Notes under the pieces: model-generated
Databases searched by the model: none
What the model was told of the DNA's origin: nothing
What the model saw: only the letters and a program-made list of their open reading frames with translations
Origin: Longimicrobiales bacterium
GTDB lineage: Bacteria > Gemmatimonadota > Gemmatimonadetes > Longimicrobiales > Gaopeijiaceae
DNA length: 64,000 bases
Direction of reading: 5' to 3'
Assembly: GCA_965204735.1 (NCBI GenBank)
Contig: OZ242008.1
Span: 1,088,001-1,152,000 of the forward strand
Shown: piece by piece, positions 50,564 through 60,385 of the stretch
How positions within the stretch are numbered: position 1 is the first letter of the stretch
How the letters are laid out: each line of letters begins with the position of its first letter
Program-made: the position numbers and the translations under genes

Positions 50564-50763
50564 GAGGGCGGTGCGGCTCGGCTTTCCGTTTCGGCGGCTG
50601 CGACTGCGTGTCTCGTGCCCCGAAGGTAGCTTGAATCTCGTCCGGACCCACGTCCACCACCTCCAAGGGAAGCGCCCATGACCGGATCATCGGCCCCCGG
50701 TCGGCTGCCGCCCGCCAAGGGGCGCCCGGCCGCGATCGGCTCCCGTCCGCCGAACGGCGCCCC

Positions 50764-52182
50764 ATGATCAAGACGAAGGTCGTCGCCACCGTCGGACCTG
50801 CCAGCGCCAACCCCCAGGTCATGACCGGGCTGGTCCGCGCGGGGGTCAACGTCGCCCGGATCAACATGTCCCACGGGACCCACGAGACCCACGCCCGCAG
50901 CATCCGGCTGGTCCGGGAGGCCGCCAAGGCCGTCGGCCGCCCCGTGGCGGTCATGACCGACCTGCAGGGCCCGAAGATCCGCATCGGCGACCTGGACGAG
51001 CCCGTCCTGCTCCGCGACGGCCACAGCGTCGCCTTCGCGCCCGAGGGCAGCCACTGGTCCGGCGACCTGCCCACGGCCTACGCCGCCTTGGCCCGCGACG
51101 TGACGCCGGGCACTCGGATGCTGCTGGACGACGGCCTGATCGAACTCGTGTGCACGTGGACCGACGGCGAGCGCGCCGAGTTCGAGGTCGCCCGGGGCGG
51201 GCTCCTCCACTCGCGCAAGGGAATCAACCTTCCGGGAGTGGAAGTGGACACGCCCTCGATCACCGAGAAGGACCTTCGCGACTTGGAGTTCGCGCTGGCC
51301 ATGGACGCCGACTACGTGGGACTCTCGTTCGTGCGGAAGATGAGCGACGTGGAGGAGCTGCAGGGCATCCTGAAGGGCCGGGCGTGGCTGGTCGCCAAGA
51401 TCGAGAAGGCCCAGGCGATGGACCAGCTGGACGGGATCTTGGCCAAGTGCGACGCGGTGATGGTGGCTCGGGGCGACTTGGGCGTCGAGCTCCCCTTCGC
51501 CGCGGTGCCCTTGGCCCAGAAGCGGATCATCCAAGCCGCCAACGGCTGGGGCCGGCCCGTCGTCACGGCCACTCAGATGCTGGAGTCCATGACCGCGTAC
51601 CCCAGGCCCACGCGCGCCGAGGCCTCCGATGTGGCCAACGCCATCCTGGACGGCACCGACGCCGTCATGCTCTCCGGCGAGACGGCCGTCGGGAAGTACC
51701 CGGTGCGCACGGTCGAGGTCATGGTCCGGGTCGCCGAAGAAGTCGAGGAGAGCGGCGCCCTTGCCGAAGGACCCCACTACCTGCACCACGCCGGACCCGT
51801 GCAGCGCCGGGGCTCCTCGCAGACGGAGCACGCCGTGGCCGGATCCACGGTCCGCTCCGCCCGGGACCTGAAGGCGCCGGGGATCATCGTCCTGACCCGC
51901 AGCGGCTTCTCCGCCCGCCTCGTGTCGTCGTACCGTCCGCCAGTTCCCATCTTCACGGTGTGCACCGAAGCCAAGGTCCACCGCCAGCTGGGCGGCGTGT
52001 GGGGCGTGCGGCCCGTCTTGGCCACGGGCGCCGAGATCAGCTACGAGAGCCTGACCGAGCTGGGCAAGCAGGTGGTTCTCGACGCGGGAGGGGCGAAGCC
52101 GGGAGACCCGGTGGTCGTGACCTCGGGGCTGCCCTTCCACAGCCCCGGCTCGACCAACACCATGAGGATCGAGCAGCTCTGA
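50764..52182 (+). CDS. pyk: pyruvate kinase
   Basis: Motifs TKVVATVGPA, RINMSHG, DLQGPKIR, AKIE, MVARGDLGVE, ATQMLESM and DAVMLSGET. Confidence 0.97.
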   Translation: MIKTKVVATVGPASANPQVMTGLVRAGVNVARINMSHGTHETHARSIRLVREAAKAVGRPVAVMTDLQGPKIRIGDLDEPVLLRDGHSVAFAPEGSHWSGDLPTAYAALARDVTPGTRMLLDDGLIELVCTWTDGERAEFEVARGGLLHSRKGINLPGVEVDTPSITEKDLRDLEFALAMDADYVGLSFVRKMSDVEELQGILKGRAWLVAKIEKAQAMDQLDGILAKCDAVMVARGDLGVELPFAAVPLAQKRIIQAANGWGRPVVTATQMLESMTAYPRPTRAEASDVANAILDGTDAVMLSGETAVGKYPVRTVEVMVRVAEEVEESGALAEGPHYLHHAGPVQRRGSSQTEHAVAGSTVRSARDLKAPGIIVLTRSGFSARLVSSYRPPVPIFTVCTEAKVHRQLGGVWGVRPVLATGAEISYESLTELGKQVVLDAGGAKPGDPVVVTSGLPFHSPGSTNTMRIEQL

Positions 52183-52183
52183 C

Positions 52184-52963
52184 TTGCGACTCACCTTCCT
52201 TGGGACAGGAACGTCCTTCGGCGTTCCGGTGATCGGCTGCCGGTGCCGCACCTGCTCGTCGTCGGACCCCCGGGACCGGCGCACCCGTCACGGCGCCCTT
52301 CTGGGCCTCCCAGGGGGCAACCTGCTGGTGGACACCCCTCCCGAGCTGCGGCTCCAGCTCCTGTCGTGCGGGATCGACCGGGTCGATTCGGTGTGGTACA
52401 CCCACCTTCACGCCGACCACGTCCACGGCATCGACGACGTCCGGGTCTTCTCCTCGCGGGGCCGAGGACCGGTCCCCGCGTACGTCCCCGAGGAGCTGAA
52501 GGAGACGATGACGACCCGCTTCTCCTACATCTTCGACAAGGACGCCCGCGTCTCCATCGGTTCGTCCAAGCCTCGCCTGGCCTTGGGAACCTATGCTCCG
52601 GGGGAGTCCGCCGAGGTGCTGGGCGCCTTGCTGACGCCTTTTCGGGTCCCCCACGGCGCAGCCGTCGCCTACGGCTTCCGCGTCGGACCCCTGGGGTACG
52701 TCACCGACGCCAAGCGGTTGCCGCCGGAGGCCCTGGGCATCCTCGAAGGCGTCTCGTCGCTCGTCCTCAACGCGCTGTGGTGGGGCAGTCCCCACTCGGC
52801 CCACTTCAACGTCGAGGAAGCGGTGGAGGCCGCTCGCCGAGTCGGCGCCGAGCGCACCTTCCTGACCCACATGACCCACCGCCTGCGCTACCGCGAGCTC
52901 TCGGCCGCCCTCCCCGACGGAATCGAGCCCGCCTACGACGGCCTGGTGGTCGACCTTGGATGA
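52184..52963 (+). CDS. MBL-fold metallohydrolase (PhnP-like)
   Basis: Motifs FLGTGTS.GVP.IGC.C..C, THLHADH.HG, YVTD, THMTH and AYDGL. Confidence 0.88.
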   Translation: MRLTFLGTGTSFGVPVIGCRCRTCSSSDPRDRRTRHGALLGLPGGNLLVDTPPELRLQLLSCGIDRVDSVWYTHLHADHVHGIDDVRVFSSRGRGPVPAYVPEELKETMTTRFSYIFDKDARVSIGSSKPRLALGTYAPGESAEVLGALLTPFRVPHGAAVAYGFRVGPLGYVTDAKRLPPEALGILEGVSSLVLNALWWGSPHSAHFNVEEAVEAARRVGAERTFLTHMTHRLRYRELSAALPDGIEPAYDGLVVDLG

Positions 52964-52967
52964 CGCC

Positions 52968-54416
52968 GTGACTCCCGAAGGCCCCCGGGCTGCCCGAAGC
53001 CCCGTCCTCGACTTCGGCAACATGCTGGCGGGCGTCGTCCCGACCGGGGGCTTCGCGCCGGAGCGCCTCCAGCCCGGCGGAGACCTGGCCCTGCGCTTTC
53101 GCCGCGCCTTCGACGAGACCGAAGCCCGTCGCGCCGCCGGCGAGATGGGGTTCTTCGCCCTTGCCGGCGCCCAGTCCGACGACCGAGCCCGCGCCCGTGA
53201 GCTGGCCGACCGCAGCCGCGAAGCCGCCGCCTCGCTCCGCCCGTGGTGCGACTCCGTCGTCGTCGTCGGGATCGGCGGCTCGGCCCTGGGCGCGACCGCC
53301 CTCCGCGACGCCCTCGTGGCGCCGACTCGGCCCGGCGCCCGCGTCGCCGACGGCCGCCGCAAGGACTTCCCCCGCCTCCACGTGCTGGACAACCTGGACC
53401 CGGAGACGCTCGCCGCCGTCCTGGACCAGGTGGAGCTGGAGCGCACCCTCTTCAACGTGGTCAGCAAGTCGGGCGACACCGTCGAGACCACGGCCGCCTT
53501 CCTCGTGACTTGGCAGCGCCTGCGCAACGCCTTCGGCCCGGAGGGCGCTCGGCGTCGCGTCCTCGTCACCACCGGGAGCGCCGGCCCCCTCCGGGAGCTG
53601 GCCGCCGAACTGGAGCTGCCCTCGCTCCCGGCGCCCGACGACGTGGGCGGCCGGTTCTCGGTCCTTTCCCCCGTGGGCATCTTCCCCGCCGCCGCCGCCG
53701 GCATCGACGTGGAAGGAGTGCTCGACGGCGCCGCCGAGATGGTCCGGCGCTGCGCTTCGCCGGAGCCGACCCGCAACCCGGCGGGAGCGCTGGCGACCCT
53801 CTGCCACGCCGCCGACGCCGAGGCCGGCGCCCGCATCCACGTGCTCATGCCCTACGCGGACCGGTTGAACTCCCTGGCCCTCTGGTTCCAGCAGCTGTGG
53901 GCCGAGTCGCTGGGGAAGGCGGCGAACCGCCGCGGCGAGCGGGTGGAGACGGGCCCTACCCTCCTCCCCGCGCTGGGCCCTCGGGACCAGCACGCCCAGC
54001 TCCAGCTCTTCATGGAGGGACCCCGGGACAAGGTGGTGATCTTCCTGGCCAGCCGCGCCCCCGAGCGCGACCTCGCCGTCCCGCGCCTCTTTCCGGCCAA
54101 GCCGGCGCTGGCCTACCTGGGCGGCGGCACCCTCTTCGGCGTCCTCGACGCCGAGCGCCGCGCCACCGCCGAAGCGCTGCGCCGCGAGGGCCGCCCCAAC
54201 ATGACGATCTCGGTGGACCGGATCGACGCCCGCTCCGTGGGCGGCCTGATCATGCTCCTCCAGATCGCCACGGTCTACGCCGGCGCCCTCTACGACGTGA
54301 ACCCCCTCGACCAGCCCGGAGTCGAGCTCGGCAAGGCCCTCGCGGCCGGGCTCCTGGGACGGCCCGGCTTCCGCTCCCCCGACCTTCCCGCCCCCGACCC
54401 CCGTTGGCAGGCGTGA
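52968..54416 (+). CDS. pgi: glucose-6-phosphate isomerase
   Basis: Motifs GIGGSALG, SKSG.T.ET, VGGRFSVLS, QLWAESLGK, DQH..LQ and DQPGVELGK. Alternative TTG at 52956. Confidence 0.93.
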   Translation: MTPEGPRAARSPVLDFGNMLAGVVPTGGFAPERLQPGGDLALRFRRAFDETEARRAAGEMGFFALAGAQSDDRARARELADRSREAAASLRPWCDSVVVVGIGGSALGATALRDALVAPTRPGARVADGRRKDFPRLHVLDNLDPETLAAVLDQVELERTLFNVVSKSGDTVETTAAFLVTWQRLRNAFGPEGARRRVLVTTGSAGPLRELAAELELPSLPAPDDVGGRFSVLSPVGIFPAAAAGIDVEGVLDGAAEMVRRCASPEPTRNPAGALATLCHAADAEAGARIHVLMPYADRLNSLALWFQQLWAESLGKAANRRGERVETGPTLLPALGPRDQHAQLQLFMEGPRDKVVIFLASRAPERDLAVPRLFPAKPALAYLGGGTLFGVLDAERRATAEALRREGRPNMTISVDRIDARSVGGLIMLLQIATVYAGALYDVNPLDQPGVELGKALAAGLLGRPGFRSPDLPAPDPRWQA

Positions 54417-54498
54417 AGGCCCGGCCTTACCTTCCCGCCCCATGGACGCTCGACCGCCGGGCGTCCGTCTTCCTGCCCAGCAACTGCGGAGAGCGGCG

Positions 54499-54909
54499 AT
54501 GAGCGCGCCCGACGAACAACGCACGGTGATCATCGAGAAGGAACGGGGCTCCGAGATCGGCGCCTTCGTCGTCGGCGCCCTCGTCGGCGCGGGCTTGGCT
54601 CTCCTCCTTGCGCCCGGCTCCGGCACGGAAACCCAGCAGAGGCTCCGCGAGCACGCCAAGCGGCTTCGCGACGTGACGGAGGACCGGGTGCGGGGTCTGC
54701 GCGACGACTTCGGGTCCCACGTGGAGTCCGCGAAGGGCGTGGTGGAGCAGGGCAAGCAGATCGCGTCCGGCGCCCGGGCGGAGCTGGAGGAGAAGCTGGA
54801 GCGCTCGAAGGCCGCCTACCGAGCGGGAGTGGACGCCGCTCGCGAGGCGGCGCGACCTCAGCCGCGTTCCGCCGAAGACGCCGTCCTGGACGAAGAGGCG
54901 ACGTCGTAG
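54499..54909 (+). CDS. YtxH-domain protein
   Basis: Motif FVVGALVGAGLALLLAPGSGTET followed by a helical tail. Confidence 0.85.
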   Translation: MSAPDEQRTVIIEKERGSEIGAFVVGALVGAGLALLLAPGSGTETQQRLREHAKRLRDVTEDRVRGLRDDFGSHVESAKGVVEQGKQIASGARAELEEKLERSKAAYRAGVDAAREAARPQPRSAEDAVLDEEATS

Positions 54910-54988
54910 CAGAACCCCGGCCTGGAGAACGCCCGACGTTCCCCGGCGCGCGCAACGGGACAAGACCCGGACGGATCGGAGGAGTTCG

Positions 54989-55696
54989 GTGCAGATATAC
55001 CTCGACACGGCGAACTTGGACGAGATCCGCGAGGCCGCCCGCTGGGGCGTGCTGAGCGGCGTCACGACCAACCCGACGCTCATGGCCCGCGAGACGGGCG
55101 CGGAGTTCGAGGCGACGATTCGCGAGATCGCCGACCTGGTGGACGGGCCGATCAGCGCCGAGACGGTGTCCGAAGACGCCGACGGGATGGTGGCCGAAGG
55201 GATGGAGTACGCCGCCTGGCATCCGAACGTGATCGTCAAGGCGCCGGCCACCACCGCCGGGCTCGAGGCCGTGTCCCGCCTGGGCGCGAAGGGGATCCGC
55301 TGCAACGTCACCCTGGTCTTCAACACGGCCCAGGCGCTGATGGCCGCCCTTGCCGGAGCGTTCGTCGTGTCGCCCTTCGTCGGTCGCCTGGACGACATCT
55401 CCCAAGACGGCATGGAGCTGATCCGCGAGACCGCCGCCGTCTTCGAGCAGAACCCCGGGATCGAGACCCGCATCCTCGCCGCCTCCATCCGCCACCCGCG
55501 CCACGTGATCGATTCGGCCCTGGCGGGCGCCCACATCGCCACGTGTCCCTTCAAGGTCCTGAAGCAGTGCATGGCGCACCCCCTGACCGAGAAGGGCATG
55601 GCCGCCTTCCTTGCCGACTGGAGAGCCCGCGAAGCCGCCATGGACCGGGCCGCCCCCCAAGCCGCAGCCGCGACCCATGCCGCTCCGGCCGACTGA
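54989..55696 (+). CDS. transaldolase / fructose-6-phosphate aldolase
   Basis: Motifs YLDTA, GVTTNPTL, VIVKAP, NVTLVF, SPFVGRLDD and ASIRHP. Confidence 0.93.
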   Translation: MQIYLDTANLDEIREAARWGVLSGVTTNPTLMARETGAEFEATIREIADLVDGPISAETVSEDADGMVAEGMEYAAWHPNVIVKAPATTAGLEAVSRLGAKGIRCNVTLVFNTAQALMAALAGAFVVSPFVGRLDDISQDGMELIRETAAVFEQNPGIETRILAASIRHPRHVIDSALAGAHIATCPFKVLKQCMAHPLTEKGMAAFLADWRAREAAMDRAAPQAAAATHAAPAD

Positions 55697-56381
55697 CGCG
55701 TTCCGAGCCCGTCGCAGCCGTCGTCTCTGCGCCGCGGCGCCGGCGGCGCTCCTCGCCGTCTCGACGGTCGTCGCGCCCGCCGCTCCTTCGGCGCTGTCCG
55801 CCCAATCGCCGTCGCCCGTCGCCGTCCGGTCCGCGTCCGCCCTCCACGGCCGGGAGCTGGCCGAGTTCGTCGGCGAGCCCCTCGGCGCGACGGGAGTCGT
55901 CCTCGGCGAGCCCCTCGTCGAAGTCGACGTGCCCTACGTGCTGGTCCACTTGGCCACCAACCGGGTCCACCTGATCGACGGCGTCGAGTCCCTCTGGTCC
56001 GCCCCCGCCGCCACCGGCAACGGCTTCCGGCTGGCCGGCGCCGGCAAGCGCTGGACGTTCACGACCCCCAAGGGCCTCTTCCGCGTCCGACGCAAGGAGA
56101 AGGACCCGGTGTGGATCGCTCCCGACTGGCACTTCGTCGAGAGGGGCCTCCCCGTCCCGGCGGAGAACCATCGCTCGCGGCGGATCCCGGGCGCGATGGG
56201 GAACACGGCGATCTACCTGGGAGACGGGCTCGCCATCCACGGCACCAGCGCCCCGGAACTGGTCCTGAGCCCCGACCCCGAGCGCCGACGGGTGTCCCAC
56301 GGCTGCGTGCGCCTTACCAACGAGTCCGCCCGGGAGCTCTTTCACTTGGTGGACGTGGGCACGCCGGTTCTGATTTATTGA
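55677..56381 (+). CDS. L,D-transpeptidase (YkuD family)
   Basis: Signal peptide, TPKG.F, KDPVW..PDW and the catalytic motif IHGT..SHGCVRL. Start uncertain. Confidence 0.88.
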   Translation: MPLRPTDAFRARRSRRLCAAAPAALLAVSTVVAPAAPSALSAQSPSPVAVRSASALHGRELAEFVGEPLGATGVVLGEPLVEVDVPYVLVHLATNRVHLIDGVESLWSAPAATGNGFRLAGAGKRWTFTTPKGLFRVRRKEKDPVWIAPDWHFVERGLPVPAENHRSRRIPGAMGNTAIYLGDGLAIHGTSAPELVLSPDPERRRVSHGCVRLTNESARELFHLVDVGTPVLIY

Positions 56382-56851
56382 CCGCGCCCCCATCGCAGGA
56401 CGGCCGCAAGGTCGTCGCCCGCAACCGCAAGGCCCGCCACGAGTACGAGGTCCTGGACACCTGGGAAGCCGGCTTGGTGCTGAAGGGCACTGAGGTCAAG
56501 TCGATCCGCGCCGGCGCGGTGGCGTTCCGCGACGCCCACGCCCGGGCCGACTCCGGCGAGCTCTGGCTTCACAACCTTCACGTCGCGCCCTACGAGTTCG
56601 GCAACCGCTGGAACCACGACGAGACGCGTCCCCGCAAGCTTCTCCTCCGCAAGGACCAGATCCGACGCGTCGCCGCCAAGACGGAGGAAAAGGGACTCGC
56701 CCTGGTGCCCCTGGACCTGTACTTCCGCCGGGGAAAGGCCCGGGTCACCCTGGGGCTCTGCCGGGGCCGAAAGCACAGGGACCGAAGGGAGGAGCTGAAG
56801 CGCCGGGCGGCGGAGCGCGATGCCCGGCGGGCGATGAAGGAAGCCCGGTGA
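56378..56851 (+). CDS. smpB: SsrA-binding protein
   Basis: Motifs NRKARHEY, EAGLVLKGTEVKS, RKLLL and GLALVPL.LY. Confidence 0.95.
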   Translation: MTAPPSQDGRKVVARNRKARHEYEVLDTWEAGLVLKGTEVKSIRAGAVAFRDAHARADSGELWLHNLHVAPYEFGNRWNHDETRPRKLLLRKDQIRRVAAKTEEKGLALVPLDLYFRRGKARVTLGLCRGRKHRDRREELKRRAAERDARRAMKEAR

Positions 56852-57750
56852 GCGAACTCGCTCTCTTCGGCGCCCGCTTCGCCAACCCGGTCCTGCTGGC
56901 CGCCGGGACCGCGGGCTTCGGCGAGCCCTTGGTGGCGGTCATGTCGCCGGCCGAAGTCGGCGGCCTCGTCACCAAGTCGATCACCTTGGAGCCCCGCTGG
57001 GGGCATCCGGCGCCCCGGGTCGCCGAGTTTCCGGGCGGAATGCTCAATTCGGTGGGCTTGGCCAACCCCGGACTGGACGCCGTGAGACGGGAGAAGCTCC
57101 CCTGGATGACCCGCCGCCTGGGGGAGCTGCAGCTCTTCCTCTCGGTGGCGGGTCGGACGCCCGCCGAGTACGCGGCCGTCGTGTCGGGGCTGGAGGAGGA
57201 TGGAGGCTTCCTGGGGTTCGAGCTGAACCTCTCGTGCCCCAACGACGCTCGTCGCGGCGGTCGTCCGTTCTGCCTGGACGCCGGAGCTCTCCGCGAAGTG
57301 CTCGACCAGGTGCGCCCCCTCACCGAACGCCCCCTCCTGGCGAAGCTGGCCCCCAACGACCCGGCCGTCGCCGACACCGCCGTCCTCGCGGTGCGCCACG
57401 GCGCCGACGGCATCACCGCAGTCAACACGATCCCCGGTCTCCTCCCCGCCCGGCAGGGCGGCCGCGCCCTCGGCGCGGGAACGGGCGGCACGAGCGGTCC
57501 CGCCATCCTGCCCGTGGGGCTGGCCGTCGTCCAGGAGATCGCCGCCGCCGTGGACGTGCCCGTCGCCGGCGCAGGGGGGATCGTCTCCGCCTCCGACGCC
57601 CGCGCCTACCTCGGCGCCGGCGCCTCTCTCGTCCAGGTCGGAACCGGCTCCTTCGCCGACCCCCGCTGCGCGTCCAGGGTGGCTCGGGGACTGGCCCGCC
57701 GGCCCGCCGAGGCCCAGGGACCGGCCCGCCCACACGGGGACGGATCGTGA
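56848..57750 (+). CDS. pyrD: dihydroorotate dehydrogenase (family 1)
   Basis: Motifs NPVLLAAGT, TKS, NSVGLANPG, ELNLSCPN, KLAPN, NT, SGPAILP and GAGGI. Confidence 0.92.
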   Translation: MSELALFGARFANPVLLAAGTAGFGEPLVAVMSPAEVGGLVTKSITLEPRWGHPAPRVAEFPGGMLNSVGLANPGLDAVRREKLPWMTRRLGELQLFLSVAGRTPAEYAAVVSGLEEDGGFLGFELNLSCPNDARRGGRPFCLDAGALREVLDQVRPLTERPLLAKLAPNDPAVADTAVLAVRHGADGITAVNTIPGLLPARQGGRALGAGTGGTSGPAILPVGLAVVQEIAAAVDVPVAGAGGIVSASDARAYLGAGASLVQVGTGSFADPRCASRVARGLARRPAEAQGPARPHGDGS

Positions 57751-58475
57751 CGGGCCGGGTCGTCGTCGCCCTCGACGTCCCGTCCAGCGAGCAGGCCCTG
57801 GCGCTGACGGACCGCATCGGTCCCCAGTGCACCTTCTACAAGGTGGGACTGGAGCTCTTCGCGGCGGCAGGTCCCTCGGTGGTCCGCGCGCTCCGGGACC
57901 GGGGAAAGGACGTGTTCCTCGACCTGAAGCTCCACGACATCCCAAGCACCGTCGCCGGGGCGGTCGCCGCCGCCGCCCGGTCCGGAGCCCGCTTGATCAC
58001 CGTTCACGCCATGGGCGGAAGGCGGATGCTGGCCGCGGCGGCGGAGGCGGCCCCGCCCTCGACGACCCTGCTGGGCGTGACCGTCCTGACGTCCCTGGAC
58101 GCCCCCGCCTTCGGCCAAGTCCTGGGCCGGCCCGTGCGGCGCATGGAAGACCACGTGCGCCGACTGGCGGTCCTGGCGCGGGACGCGCAGCTGGGCGGCG
58201 TGGTCTGCTCCGCCGCCGAGGCGGGCCTGGTCAGGAAGGTTCTGGGGCCCGGCCCCGAGATCGTGACGCCCGGCATCCGCTTCGCAGGGGACGCCGCCCA
58301 CGACCAGCGCCGCACCCGGACGCCCGAGGAGGCGTTGCGCGGCGGCGCCACCCGGATCGTGGTGGGCCGGCCCGTCGCCGCCGCCCCCGATCCGGCCGCC
58401 GCCTTCGCCCGCGTCGCTGCCGACGTCCGCCGAGCCGACCGCCCGCACCCCGCCTCTTCCGCCCACCCGGGTTGA
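57747..58475 (+). CDS. pyrF: orotidine-5'-phosphate decarboxylase
   Basis: Motifs VALD, KVGLEL, FLDLKLHDIP.TV, VTVLTS, TPGIR, DQ.R and VVGRP. Confidence 0.95.
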   Translation: MTGRVVVALDVPSSEQALALTDRIGPQCTFYKVGLELFAAAGPSVVRALRDRGKDVFLDLKLHDIPSTVAGAVAAAARSGARLITVHAMGGRRMLAAAAEAAPPSTTLLGVTVLTSLDAPAFGQVLGRPVRRMEDHVRRLAVLARDAQLGGVVCSAAEAGLVRKVLGPGPEIVTPGIRFAGDAAHDQRRTRTPEEALRGGATRIVVGRPVAAAPDPAAAFARVAADVRRADRPHPASSAHPG

Positions 58476-58507
58476 CGCCGCCGTTCGGAAGCTGGGACCA
58501 TTCTTCC

Positions 58508-59941
58508 ATGAGGCTCTACGACACCCTCCGACGCCAGGTCCGCGCCTTCGAGCCCCTGGACCCTCGTCGCGTCACGGTCTACGGCTGCGGACCCACCGTC
58601 TACGACTACGCCCACGTGGGCAACTTCCGCACCTTCGTCCTCTACGACCTCCTCCACCGCCACCTCAAGCGCCGGGGCTACGAAGTCGACTTCGTGGTCA
58701 ACTTCACCGACGTGGACGACAAGACGATCGCCGGTGCCGCAGATGCCGGCGTGTCCCTCCACGAGCACACGGCGCCCTTCGTGAAGGCTTTTCTGGAGGA
58801 CGCCGAGACCCTGGGCGTCGCCCCCTTCTCCCAGCACCCGCGGGCCACCGCCTTCGTGCCCCAGATGGTGGCGTTCATCGAGCGGTTGGTCGCCGCCGGC
58901 CACGCCTACGCCGTCCCGGACGGCTCTGTCTACTTCTCGGTGCCCTCCTTCGCCGCGTACGGCCGCTTGGCGGGACCCCGGTGCGACAGAAGCGCAAGCC
59001 GCTCCCGGGTCGAAGCCGAAGGCGCCGGCAAGCGCGACCCCCGGGACTTCGTGCTGTGGAAGGCGGCGCGCCCGACGGACCGTCTCGTGGGGGCCGTGTG
59101 GGACTCGCCCTGGGGAGAGGGACGCCCCGGCTGGCACCTGGAGTGCTCGGCAATGGGCGCCGCGCTCCTGGGCGACACCATCGACGTCCACTTGGGAGGC
59201 GAGGACCTCCTCTTCCCGCATCACGAGAACGAGATCGCCCAGTCGGAGGGCGCCACGGGCCGCCCCTTCGTCCGCTTCTGGCTCCACGTGAAGCACCTCA
59301 AGGTCGAGGACCAAAAGATGTCCAAGTCCTCGGGCAACTTTCACACGGTGCGCCAGCTCCTCGACGCCGGACGCGAGCCCGCCGCCGTCCGCTGGGTCCT
59401 CCTCTCCGCCCACTACCGCAACGAACTCAACTTCACCCTCGCCGGCCTCGACGAGGCCGCCGTCGCCTTGCAGCGGCTGCTGGACTTTCGCCGTCGAGTC
59501 GCCGATCTCCCCGCCGCCGGTGGAGGTCTGGGGCTGGCCGCCCGCGCCCGCAAGGCCTTGGCCGCCTTCGGCGAGGCTCTCGACGACGACCTGAACGCCC
59601 CCAAGGCGCTGGCGGTCCTCTGGAAGCTGGTGAGGGAGGCGAACGCCGCCCTGGACGAAGCCTCGGGGGAAGCGTCCGCGGCCGACAGGGAAGGGGTGCT
59701 CGAAGCCCTGGCGGGGATCGACGAGGCGCTGGGGGTCTTGGATCTGGCGTCGGCGTTCAGGGCGGTGGGAGGCGAAGCGGAGGAACGGATACGGCGCATG
59801 GTGAACGAGCGGGACAAGGCTCGGGCGGCCCGCGACTTCCGGACCGCGGACCGCCTGCGCGAAGAGCTGGCCGCCGCCGGGGTCCGCTTGGAGGACACGC
59901 CCGCCGGCACCCGCTGGAGCCGCGTCGGGACCCCGGATTGA
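58508..59941 (+). CDS. cysS: cysteine--tRNA ligase
   Basis: Motifs CGPTVYD..HVGN, NFTDVDDK, GRPGWHLECS, FPHHENE, KMSKS and DDLNAP. Confidence 0.96.
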   Translation: MRLYDTLRRQVRAFEPLDPRRVTVYGCGPTVYDYAHVGNFRTFVLYDLLHRHLKRRGYEVDFVVNFTDVDDKTIAGAADAGVSLHEHTAPFVKAFLEDAETLGVAPFSQHPRATAFVPQMVAFIERLVAAGHAYAVPDGSVYFSVPSFAAYGRLAGPRCDRSASRSRVEAEGAGKRDPRDFVLWKAARPTDRLVGAVWDSPWGEGRPGWHLECSAMGAALLGDTIDVHLGGEDLLFPHHENEIAQSEGATGRPFVRFWLHVKHLKVEDQKMSKSSGNFHTVRQLLDAGREPAAVRWVLLSAHYRNELNFTLAGLDEAAVALQRLLDFRRRVADLPAAGGGLGLAARARKALAAFGEALDDDLNAPKALAVLWKLVREANAALDEASGEASAADREGVLEALAGIDEALGVLDLASAFRAVGGEAEERIRRMVNERDKARAARDFRTADRLREELAAAGVRLEDTPAGTRWSRVGTPD

Positions 59942-59970
59942 TCGTCCCGGCGCCGCGGTGGCCGACACGC

Positions 59971-60042
59971 GCCGCCCACGCCCAACCAGAGGACGCCGCT
60001 CACGCTCAACCAGAGGACGCCGCCCACGCTCAACCGGAGGAC
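59971..60042. repeat. 3 x 24-bp tandem repeat (GCCGCCCACGCTCAACCAGAGGAC)
   Basis: Three near-identical adjacent copies downstream of cysS. Confidence 0.9.
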
Positions 60043-60166
60043 GGAACCATGCCGCCCCGGATTGATCGTTCGGGGGCCGCCGAGGCCGACCCCCTTCCGC
60101 CGCCGGGCTTCATCCGCCAACTTCCGCTGGGGCCGTGCCGTCTTCCGCTCCGGCACGGCCGTCGTC

Positions 60167-60239
60167 GCTGGCGTAGCTCAGATGGAAGAGCAGCTGACTT
60201 GTAATCAGCAGGTCCGGGGTTCGAATCCCCGCGCCAGCT
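60167..60239 (+). tRNA. tRNA-Thr (TGT)
   Basis: GCTGGCG/CGCCAGC acceptor stem, GCTGA-CTTGTAA-TCAGC anticodon arm and GTTCGAATC. Confidence 0.95.
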
Positions 60240-60275
60240 TGCCCTCTCCCAGCGGCGCCCCTTCGCCCGCCCCCG

Positions 60276-60304
60276 TTGACGCCTCTTCCCGCCTCGGTTA
60301 CGTT
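60276..60304 (+). promoter_or_regulatory. sigma70-like promoter upstream of tRNA-Tyr/tuf
   Basis: TTGACG-17 bp-TACGTT. Confidence 0.6.
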
Positions 60305-60385
60305 TGAGTGCTAGTTTCCATCCGTTTCGGTTCAGCGCGGGGAGCGCCCCGGCCGGCTTCCCTGCGGGGATGGAAACGTTTTTTT

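Noticed and set aside
56378..56851. tmRNA (ssrA) next to smpB
   Set aside because: smpB overlaps CDSs on both sides, leaving no room, and no tRNA-like ends are visible.
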